DNA of 64,000 nucleotides from NCBI RefSeq assembly GCF_057098645.1, contig NZ_CM169472.1; one strand, 5' to 3'. Shown piece by piece: positions 55,846 to 64,000 of this stretch (position 1 is its first letter; each line of letters starts with the position of its first letter). The notes under the pieces were generated by a model. It saw only the letters and a program-made list of their open reading frames with translations, ran no database searches and was not told where the DNA came from. The position numbers and the translations under genes were made by a program.

Positions 55846-57042
55846 ATGTCCGTTTTCTCATTGAAGATTGATATCGCCGATAACAAATTTTTCAACGGCG
55901 AAACATCACCGCTCTTTTCGCAAAGCCAGGCCAAACTGGCGCGCCAGTTCCACCAGAAAATAGCTGGTTATCGCCCAACACCGCTTTGTGCGCTGGACGA
56001 TCTCGCAAACCTTTTTGGTGTGAAGAAAATTCTCGTCAAAGACGAATCAAAACGATTCGGTCTGAACGCCTTCAAAATGCTCGGCGGTGCGTACGCCATC
56101 GCTCAATTATTGTGCGAAAAATATCATCTTGATATCGAAACGCTGTCATTTGAGCACCTGAAAAATGCCATCGGCGAAAAAATGACCTTTGCGACCACCA
56201 CCGACGGCAACCACGGGCGCGGTGTGGCATGGGCCGCTCAGCAACTCGGTCAGAACGCGGTGATTTACATGCCGAAAGGTTCTGCTCAGGAACGCGTTGA
56301 CGCCATTCTGAATCTGGGTGCCGAGTGCATCGTCACCGATATGAACTATGACGATACCGTTCGCCTGACCATGCAACACGCGCAGCAGCACGGCTGGGAA
56401 GTGGTACAGGACACGGCATGGGAAGGATACACCAAAATCCCAACCTGGATCATGCAAGGCTACGCAACCCTGGCAGATGAAGCCGTCGAGCAAATGCGTG
56501 AAATGGGCGTAACCCCGACGCACGTTCTGCTGCAAGCCGGTGTCGGAGCAATGGCCGGTGGTGTGCTGGGTTATCTGGTCGACGTCTATAGCCCGCAAAA
56601 TCTGCACAGCATTATTGTTGAACCTGACAAAGCTGACTGTATTTATCGCTCCGGCGTCAAAGGCGACATCGTCAACGTTGGCGGTGATATGGCCACCATC
56701 ATGGCGGGCCTGGCCTGTGGCGAACCTAACCCGCTGGGCTGGGAAATCCTACGTAACTGCGCTACCCAATTCATCTCCTGCCAGGACAGCGTTGCCGCAT
56801 TAGGTATGCGCGTGCTGGGTAATCCGTACGGCAACGATCCGCGCATTATCTCCGGTGAATCCGGCGCTGTCGGTTTGGGCGTTCTCGCGGCGGTTCATTA
56901 TCACCCGCAACGTCAAAGCCTGATGGAAAAACTGGCGCTGAACAAAGATGCCGTGGTGCTGGTTATCAGCACCGAAGGCGACACCGACGTGAAGCACTAC
57001 CGCGAAGTTGTCTGGGAAGGCAAACACGCTGTAGCACCTTAA
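55846..57042 (+). CDS. dpaL: Diaminopropionate ammonia-lyase (PLP-dependent), 398 aa
   Basis: Track ORF 398 aa; synteny ygeW-ygeX(dpaL)-ygeY. Confidence 0.85.
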   Translation: MSVFSLKIDIADNKFFNGETSPLFSQSQAKLARQFHQKIAGYRPTPLCALDDLANLFGVKKILVKDESKRFGLNAFKMLGGAYAIAQLLCEKYHLDIETLSFEHLKNAIGEKMTFATTTDGNHGRGVAWAAQQLGQNAVIYMPKGSAQERVDAILNLGAECIVTDMNYDDTVRLTMQHAQQHGWEVVQDTAWEGYTKIPTWIMQGYATLADEAVEQMREMGVTPTHVLLQAGVGAMAGGVLGYLVDVYSPQNLHSIIVEPDKADCIYRSGVKGDIVNVGGDMATIMAGLACGEPNPLGWEILRNCATQFISCQDSVAALGMRVLGNPYGNDPRIISGESGAVGLGVLAAVHYHPQRQSLMEKLALNKDAVVLVISTEGDTDVKHYREVVWEGKHAVAP

Positions 57043-57099
57043 TCACCCTATTGGAACTGCTCCCTGCAAAACGGGGAGTAAAAAATCTGGAGAAAAATA

Positions 57100-58311
57100 A
57101 TGGCTAAGAATATTCCATTCAAACTGATTCTTGAAAAAGCAAAAGATTACCAGGCGGATATGACTCGCTTCCTGCGCGACATGGTTGCTATTCCCAGTGA
57201 AAGCTGCGACGAGAAACGCGTAGTACATCGTATTAAAGAAGAGATGGAAAAAGTCGGCTTCGATAAAGTTGAAATCGACCCGATGGGCAACGTTCTCGGT
57301 TATATCGGCCACGGCCCGCGTCTGGTGGCAATGGACGCTCATATCGATACCGTCGGCATTGGCAACATCAAAAACTGGGACTTCGATCCGTACGAAGGCA
57401 TGGAAACTGATGAGCTGATCGGTGGTCGCGGTACTTCCGACCAGGAAGGCGGCATGGCATCTATGGTTTATGCCGGTAAAATCATTAAAGACCTCGGTCT
57501 GGAAGATGAATATACCCTGCTGGTTACCGGTACGGTGCAGGAAGAAGACTGCGACGGTCTGTGCTGGCAGTACATTATTGAACAATCCGGCATTCGCCCG
57601 GAATTTGTGGTCAGTACCGAACCAACCGACTGCCAGGTATACCGTGGTCAGCGCGGTCGTATGGAAATTCGTATTGATGTTCAGGGTGTTAGCTGCCACG
57701 GTTCTGCGCCAGAACGCGGTGACAACGCCATTTTCAAAATGGGTCCGATTCTTGGCGAATTACAAGAACTCTCCCAACGTCTGGGTTATGACGAATTCCT
57801 CGGCAAAGGCACCCTCACCGTTTCTGAAATCTTCTTCACATCCCCAAGCCGTTGCGCTGTAGCAGATAGCTGCGCCGTCTCTATTGACCGCCGTCTGACT
57901 TGGGGCGAAACCTGGGAAGGCGCGCTGGACGAAATCCGCGCCCTGCCTGCAGTACAGAAAGCTAACGCGGTTGTTTCTATGTACAACTACGACCGTCCGT
58001 CCTGGACTGGCCTGGTTTACCCAACCGAATGCTACTTCCCGACCTGGAAAGTGGAAGAAGATCACTTCACCGTTAAAGCACTGGTGAATGCCTACGAAGG
58101 GCTGTTTGGCAAAGCGCCGGTTGTTGATAAGTGGACCTTCTCAACTAACGGCGTATCTATCATGGGCCGTCACGGCATTCCGGTGATCGGCTTTGGCCCG
58201 GGTAAAGAACCTGAAGCGCATGCACCTAACGAAAAAACCTGGAAATCTCACCTGGTGACCTGTGCCGCGATGTACGCTGCAATCCCGTTAAGCTGGCTGG
58301 CAACCGAATAA
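57100..58311 (+). CDS. ygeY: M20-family peptidase/deacylase YgeY, 403 aa
   Basis: Track ORF 403 aa; M20 metal-binding motifs; synteny. Confidence 0.85.
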
Positions 58312-58328
58312 TTACTCTTCACTTATTC

Positions 58329-58353
58329 CCCTCCGGTTCGCCGGAGGGTTTTT
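58329..58353 (+). terminator. Rho-independent terminator after ygeY
   Basis: Stem CCCTCCGG-TTCG-CCGGAGGG followed by TTTTT. Confidence 0.6.
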
Positions 58354-58363
58354 GGAGTTTGCT

Positions 58364-59749
58364 ATGCGCGTATTGATCAAAAACGGCACTGTCGTTAACG
58401 CAGATGGACAAGCCAAACAGGATTTGCTGATTGAAAGCGGGATTGTTCGCCAGTTGGGCAACAATATTTCGCCGCAGCTCCCGTATGAAGAAATTGATGC
58501 CACTGGCTGTTACGTTTTCCCTGGCGGCGTGGATGTCCATACGCATTTCAATATTGATGTCGGCATCGCGCGCAGTTGTGATGATTTTTTTACCGGTACC
58601 CGCGCAGCTGCGTGTGGCGGTACAACAACCATTATTGACCATATGGGATTTGGCCCAAACGGCTGTCGGTTACGCCATCAACTGGAGGTTTATCGTGGTT
58701 ATGCCGCCCATAAAGCGGTCATCGATTACAGCTTTCACGGTGTGATCCAGCACATTAATCACGCAATCCTCGACGAAATCCCGATGATGGTCGAGGAAGG
58801 ACTGAGCAGTTTTAAACTCTATTTAAGCTATCAATACAAACTCAACGATGACGAGGTTTTGCAGGCATTACGCCGTCTGCATGAATCCGGCGCGCTGACC
58901 ACCGTGCACCCGGAAAATGATGCTGCTATCGCCAGCAAGCGGGCGGAATTTATCGCCGCAGGGTTAATCGCACCGCGCTATCATGCCTTGAGTCGCCCTC
59001 TGGAATGCGAAGCGGAAGCCATCGCCCGCATGATTAACCTGGCACAAATTGCCGGTAACGCCCCGCTCTATATCGTGCATCTGTCTAACGGCTTAGGTCT
59101 GGATTATCTGCGTCTTGCCCGTGCGAATCACCAGCCAGTCTGGGTTGAAACCTGCCCACAATATCTCCTGTTGGACGAACGCAGCTACGATACAGAAGAT
59201 GGCATGAAGTTCATTCTTAGCCCACCACTGCGTAACGTACGCGAGCAGGACAAACTGTGGTGTGGCATCAGCGATGGTGCGATTGACGTGGTAGCGACCG
59301 ATCACTGCACGTTCTCGATGGCTCAACGCCTGCAAATTTCTAAAGGCGATTTCAGTCGCTGCCCAAATGGCTTACCCGGTGTGGAAAACCGCATGCAGTT
59401 ACTGTTTTCCAGTGGCGTGATGACGGGACGTATAACACCGGAACGCTTTGTTGAATTAACCAGCGCAATGCCCGCCAGGCTGTTTGGCCTGTGGCCGCAA
59501 AAAGGATTATTAGCGCCCGGTTCCGATGGCGACGTGGTGATTATCGACCCACGTCAGAGCCAACAAATTCAGCATCGCCATCTCCACGACAACGCCGACT
59601 ACTCGCCATGGGAGGGTTTTACCTGTCAGGGCGCGATTGTCAGAACCTTATCCCGTGGTGAAACGATTTTCTGTGACGGCACCTTTACAGGCAAAGCCGG
59701 GCGAGGTCGTTTCCTGCGACGTAAACCGTTTGTCCCTCCCGTGCTCTAA
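58364..59749 (+). CDS. hyuA: D-phenylhydantoinase (cyclic amidohydrolase), 461 aa from MRVLIKNGTVV
   Basis: Track ORF 58352..59749; amidohydrolase metal-binding HTH motif; synteny. Confidence 0.85.
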   Translation: MRVLIKNGTVVNADGQAKQDLLIESGIVRQLGNNISPQLPYEEIDATGCYVFPGGVDVHTHFNIDVGIARSCDDFFTGTRAAACGGTTTIIDHMGFGPNGCRLRHQLEVYRGYAAHKAVIDYSFHGVIQHINHAILDEIPMMVEEGLSSFKLYLSYQYKLNDDEVLQALRRLHESGALTTVHPENDAAIASKRAEFIAAGLIAPRYHALSRPLECEAEAIARMINLAQIAGNAPLYIVHLSNGLGLDYLRLARANHQPVWVETCPQYLLLDERSYDTEDGMKFILSPPLRNVREQDKLWCGISDGAIDVVATDHCTFSMAQRLQISKGDFSRCPNGLPGVENRMQLLFSSGVMTGRITPERFVELTSAMPARLFGLWPQKGLLAPGSDGDVVIIDPRQSQQIQHRHLHDNADYSPWEGFTCQGAIVRTLSRGETIFCDGTFTGKAGRGRFLRRKPFVPPVL

Positions 59750-59796
59750 CCACTGCCAGGGATCTATACACAATCAAGAATGATGAGTGAGGAAAA

Positions 59797-60729
59797 ATGA
59801 GTAAGAAAATTGTTCTCGCCCTGGGCGGGAATGCGCTGGGCGATGACCTGGCCGGGCAAATGAAAGCGGTAAAAATTACTTCTCAGGCAATTGTTGATTT
59901 AATTGCCCAGGGACATGAAGTTATCGTCACTCATGGTAACGGGCCGCAGGTGGGCATGATTAACCAGGCCTTTGAAGCTGCCGCAAAAACTGAAGCGCAC
60001 TCGCCAATGCTGCCGATGTCTGTCTGTGTTGCATTAAGCCAGGGTTATATTGGTTACGATCTACAAAACGCTTTAAGAGAAGAACTGCTTTCTCGGGGCA
60101 TTAATAAACCTGTAGCAACGCTGGTTACTCAGGTCGAAGTCGACGCTAACGATCCGGCATTCCTCAACCCGACCAAGCCGATCGGTTCGTTCTTTACCGA
60201 GCAAGAAGCAGAGCAACTGACAAAACAGGGTTACACTCTGAAAGAAGATGCTGGTCGCGGCTATCGCCGTGTTGTTGCCTCGCCAAAACCGGTTGATATC
60301 ATTGAAAAAGAAACGGTTAAAGCTCTGGTAGATGCAGGTCAGGTGGTGATCACCGTTGGCGGTGGTGGTATCCCTGTTATTCGTGAAGGTAACCATCTGC
60401 GTGGTGCCAGCGCGGTTATCGATAAAGACTGGGCCAGCGCCCGTTTAGCAGAAATGATTGATGCCGATATGCTGATCATTCTGACTGCGGTAGAAAAAGT
60501 GGCCATTAACTTCGGTAAAGAGAATGAACAGTGGCTCGATCGCCTGTCATTAAGTGATGCTGAACGCTTTATCGAAGAAGGTCATTTTGCGAAAGGTTCT
60601 ATGCTGCCTAAAGTGGAAGCTGCCGCCTCGTTTGCTCGCTCTCGCGCAGGTCGTGAAGCACTGATTACCGTATTGAGCAAAGCGAAAGAAGGGATTGAAG
60701 GCAAAACAGGAACGGTGATTTGTCAGTAA
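59797..60729 (+). CDS. yqeA: Carbamate kinase-like protein, 310 aa
   Basis: Track ORF MSKKIVLALGGNAL, amino-acid kinase fold; synteny. Confidence 0.85.
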   Translation: MSKKIVLALGGNALGDDLAGQMKAVKITSQAIVDLIAQGHEVIVTHGNGPQVGMINQAFEAAAKTEAHSPMLPMSVCVALSQGYIGYDLQNALREELLSRGINKPVATLVTQVEVDANDPAFLNPTKPIGSFFTEQEAEQLTKQGYTLKEDAGRGYRRVVASPKPVDIIEKETVKALVDAGQVVITVGGGGIPVIREGNHLRGASAVIDKDWASARLAEMIDADMLIILTAVEKVAINFGKENEQWLDRLSLSDAERFIEEGHFAKGSMLPKVEAAASFARSRAGREALITVLSKAKEGIEGKTGTVICQ

Positions 60730-60734
60730 TTTAA

Positions 60735-60942
60735 AGGCCGGGTGGGTAATACCATCCGGCCAAAGATTGTCAAGTAAGTGCGCTTTGTTGATGCCGGATG
60801 CGGCGCGAGCGCCTTATCCGTCCTACAAAACATCGCAAATTCAATAGATTGCAATGCACTTGTAGGCCTGATAAGCGTAGCGCATCAGGCAATTTGGCGT
60901 TTGTCATCAGTCTCAGGCCGGGTGGGTAATACCATCCGGCCA
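60735..60942. repeat. REP/BIME-type palindromic element (two inverted REP units) flanked by two identical 28-bp hairpin units
   Basis: REP-like GCCGGATGCGGCGCGAGCGCCTTATCCG near 60792 and inverted GTAGGCCTGATAAGCGTAGCGCATCAGGC near 60861; AGGCCGGGTGGGTAATACCATCCGGCCA at 60735-60762 and 60915-60942. Confidence 0.7.
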
Positions 60943-60949
60943 TTTTCAT

Positions 60950-62575
60950 TTAAGCCACTTCCAGCACTTCTTTTGTCGCTTTCACGCCCTGATGCATCAA
61001 CATCATTAACGCCTCAAGTACGCCGCCGCCAATCGCCCGGGCTTTATCAGAAACGCTGGTGAAATCAGCGGTTTCACCACGAGGATCGATATCACCAATT
61101 TTAAAACCACCAACCACTGCCAGGCCGTCGTTCAACAAGCCACGCACCATCCCCGTCAACGGTGCTTTAATTTCATGCTCACCAATCCAGGCAATCACAT
61201 CGCCCTCTTTCACCAGATCGCCTAATTTCACGTTGGATCGCATAATGCCTGCAGCAGGAGCACGGATCACCCGTCGGGTGGTATGCCCCATAATATTGCC
61301 AGGAACACCGGTATTCTCCTGCGCACAACCAGAGTAAATCACCTGACCGAGCCAGTGCCCGCGATTTGTTTCAATTACCGCATGACAATCCTTCCCAGCA
61401 GTAAAGCCCGGCCCAAGCGCGATTGTTACTGGTGCCATATCTGCCCGCGTTCCCAAATTCTGTTTCGCCAGAATAGCGTCCACCACGCAAAGCGGTTTCA
61501 GTTCATCAAGCAATGAACAGGCGGGATCTACCATCACAGGGATGAATCCGCGTTCGGTAAGTTTCATCGCTTCCGCAGAGCTGGTTGCCAGGCGAGCAGT
61601 GACGCCTTCGACCGTCATTTCGCCATCGAACACGGCCTGGGCAAACGCCACGGTACAACGAATCACTGTCGGTTTTTCCACTTCCAGCATGATCACTTTA
61701 AAACCCGCATGATACAGACGTAGCGCCACACCACTGGCGATATCTCCCGCACCGCGAATCACCACCAGCTGGTGTCCGGAAGGATGAGAAGGTTTCATCA
61801 TCAGCCCACCCGGCGCGTTATTTTTCACCTGTAATATTTCTGCCAGCACGCTGATGGCGATCTCCTGCGGCGTTTCCGCACCTATGTTGTAACCAACGGG
61901 CGCATGTAAACGGGCAATATGTTCTTCAGCTACGCCTTTCTCACGCAATTGACGCAGGAAAAGCTGAACCTTGCGACGACTTGCCAGCAACCCCAACCAT
62001 GCAATGGGCTGTTCAATGAGTTTGTCGAGGGCTTCACGATCCTGATTATTCGTGGCAATCAGGACAAAATTATCAGGGCGAATATCCAGTGCTTCCACTG
62101 CCGCACCAAACGACTCAGCATGGAGAAGCGTGGTTGATGGTGGGAATAGTTCAGGATTGAGGCTTTCGCGATAAATATCAGCAACGGCAATATCAAATCC
62201 TAATAGTGCCGCACTCTGGGCTATCGCCCGGTTGACATGCCCCGCGCCAATCAACACCAGACGTGGACGCATACCATGGACGCTGATAAATACTGACATT
62301 GCACCTCCACAATCTGACCCGACAGCATCCGCACCGTTACGAGCCATACGTCCATGGAATAATCGCGGCTTACGTTCCTGCAATGCCTGAAGCGACTCTT
62401 CAATCACCTTCCGCTCAACCATTCCGCCACCAATTGTACCGACGATAGAACCATCGGCGCGCACTAACATTTGTGCAGAATGGCGGGGAGTCGAGCCTCG
62501 GCTATCAACAATTTGCGCCATCGCAAACGGACAATTTTGCTCTTCGAGTTTTGCAGCCTCTGTGAAAATATTCAT
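60950..62575 (-). CDS. yqeB: XdhC/CoxI-family accessory protein YqeB, 541 aa
   Basis: Track ORF 541 aa; synteny yqeB-yqeC-mocA. Confidence 0.8.
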   Translation of the reverse strand: MNIFTEAAKLEEQNCPFAMAQIVDSRGSTPRHSAQMLVRADGSIVGTIGGGMVERKVIEESLQALQERKPRLFHGRMARNGADAVGSDCGGAMSVFISVHGMRPRLVLIGAGHVNRAIAQSAALLGFDIAVADIYRESLNPELFPPSTTLLHAESFGAAVEALDIRPDNFVLIATNNQDREALDKLIEQPIAWLGLLASRRKVQLFLRQLREKGVAEEHIARLHAPVGYNIGAETPQEIAISVLAEILQVKNNAPGGLMMKPSHPSGHQLVVIRGAGDIASGVALRLYHAGFKVIMLEVEKPTVIRCTVAFAQAVFDGEMTVEGVTARLATSSAEAMKLTERGFIPVMVDPACSLLDELKPLCVVDAILAKQNLGTRADMAPVTIALGPGFTAGKDCHAVIETNRGHWLGQVIYSGCAQENTGVPGNIMGHTTRRVIRAPAAGIMRSNVKLGDLVKEGDVIAWIGEHEIKAPLTGMVRGLLNDGLAVVGGFKIGDIDPRGETADFTSVSDKARAIGGGVLEALMMLMHQGVKATKEVLEVA

Positions 62576-62622
62576 ACCAACCTCAATGGATATCCTTTCA
62601 GTAACCCGGAATACCCGGGCCG

Positions 62623-63393
62623 CTAATTCACAAATCTGCGCGCGATTGCAGGATGTTCTTGTATATCGCCCAGCCAGATTGCCTCTACGTCGTGTTGTTG
62701 CAGCGGTTGAAGGAGCTCGCTTTGCGCAATCGCATTCTCACATTGAGAAAAACGGTTAATGAACCAGACTCGCCGACAACCTTGCGGTACGTTTTTAAAC
62801 GCCCCCTGAGGGTGGCGAACCAGCGCAACGAGATCGCTCAGTTGCAAGGTTGCATCAGTTGTTAACCCGGTAATATCAGCAAACTGCGACCAGCGATGGA
62901 CATTTTCTGTGTTCACTTTCGCGCCCAAAATATGTCCTCCCATCACAGCAATCACGCAGCAACTGCTTTTGGGTATGCAAGGTTCGTGCTCATCAGGCGC
63001 TTTTAACGGCATTCCACGCGAGCCATCTGCTTCAATGAGAATTACGTCACACTCTGGTCGTTGCACCAGTGCATCAATCGCTTCTGGCGTAAATCCCTGC
63101 ACTTTTCCCTGGTTCGCTTTCCAGCTGTGAAAACAAAATGAAATGGGGGATGTAAGAGACGCATGAGGAAGCATGGCGGGATCACGACAGAAAACCACGG
63201 GCCAGTGAGACGTTGGCATAAACATATGTGTTGTCGTCGTGATTAACACACGCCTGCCGCTAGCCTGGAGCAGTTCTGCTAGCCAAAAAAGCAAGCTGGT
63301 TTTCCCCCCAGCACCAACAACAGAAATCACAGTGGGACGTTTCTGCGCACCTAAATCAATGAATAATGCCGATGGGTCAACTATACTTTTCAC
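62623..63393 (-). CDS. yqeC: YqeC, selenium-dependent molybdenum hydroxylase-associated protein, 256 aa
   Basis: Track ORF 256 aa with P-loop-like GAGGKT; synteny. Confidence 0.8.
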   Translation of the reverse strand: MKSIVDPSALFIDLGAQKRPTVISVVGAGGKTSLLFWLAELLQASGRRVLITTTTHMFMPTSHWPVVFCRDPAMLPHASLTSPISFCFHSWKANQGKVQGFTPEAIDALVQRPECDVILIEADGSRGMPLKAPDEHEPCIPKSSCCVIAVMGGHILGAKVNTENVHRWSQFADITGLTTDATLQLSDLVALVRHPQGAFKNVPQGCRRVWFINRFSQCENAIAQSELLQPLQQHDVEAIWLGDIQEHPAIARRFVN

Positions 63394-63495
63394 GAGTCTT
63401 TATGACCTCTCTGGGATAAATTACCCCCAACTTAATCCATCAGGAAGTAACGCAATTATCAGGCGTTATTAGCCCCTATAAATAATGGAACCACT

Positions 63496-64000
63496 ATGTC
63501 AGCCATCGACTGTATAATTACCGCTGCCGGATTATCATCAAGAATGGGGCAATGGAAAATGATGTTACCCTGGCAACAGGGAACAATTCTTGATACAAGT
63601 ATCAAAAATGCGTTGCAGTTTTGTAGCCGAATTATTTTAGTCACCGGCTATCGTGGTAATGAACTGCACGAACGTTATGCGAACCAGAGCAATATCACTA
63701 TTATTCACAACCCAGATTATGCCCAGGGTTTACTAACATCAGTCAAGGCCGCAGTACCCGCAGTGCAAACAGAACATTGTTTTCTCACCCACGGTGACAT
63801 GCCAACCCTCACCATCGATATTTTCAGAAAAATCTGGTCGTTACGAAATGATGGCGCAATCCTGCCACTCCATAATGGCATCCCTGGCCATCCGATTTTA
63901 GTGTCAAAACCATGCCTGATGCAGGCAATCCAGCGACCCAATGTCACCAATATGCGTCAGGCACTCCTTATGGGAGATCATTATTTCGTCGAAATAGAAA
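63496..64000 (+). CDS. mocA: Molybdenum cofactor cytidylyltransferase MocA (YgfJ), N-terminal ~168 codons; continues beyond window
   Basis: Frame open from ATG 63496 to window end; MSAIDCIITAAGLSSRMGQWKMMLPW nucleotidyltransferase motif. Confidence 0.8.
   Translation, partial: MSAIDCIITAAGLSSRMGQWKMMLPWQQGTILDTSIKNALQFCSRIILVTGYRGNELHERYANQSNITIIHNPDYAQGLLTSVKAAVPAVQTEHCFLTHGDMPTLTIDIFRKIWSLRNDGAILPLHNGIPGHPILVSKPCLMQAIQRPNVTNMRQALLMGDHYFVEIE

Overview
This window is an Escherichia coli-type chromosomal segment collinear with the K-12 ~64-min region. Core genes run recB(partial)-ptrA-recC-ppdC-ygdB-ppdB-ppdA-thyA-lgt-ptsP-rppH-[DARS2/ygdT]-mutH-ygdQ-ygdR-tas-lplT-aas-omrA-omrB-galR-lysA-lysR-ygeA-araE-kduD-kduI-yqeF-yqeG-yqeH. 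A ~12-kb AT-rich accessory block follows (about 35.0-47.3 kb): a degenerate ETT2 type III secretion island (eivI fragment, eivC, frameshifted eivA, eivE, eivG, eivF, an unannotated small membrane ORF, and a GH15-like ygeQ) carrying two full-length IS2 copies in inverted orientation. The window ends with glyU tRNA, ygeR, xdhABC, ygeV, ygeW-dpaL-ygeY-hyuA-yqeA and yqeB-yqeC-mocA(partial). Almost everything is recognisable from the translations, and I see no convincing evidence for an entirely new system. The items most worth a second look are the architecture of the ETT2 remnant, a 59-codon membrane ORF with a strong Shine-Dalgarno sequence, an 18-bp in-frame tandem duplication at the 3' end of rppH, and sigma-54-like promoter motifs next to the sigma-54 activator gene ygeV. 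All calls come from reading the sequence and the supplied ORF track; no database search was run, and gene names rest on recalled protein sequences and synteny.
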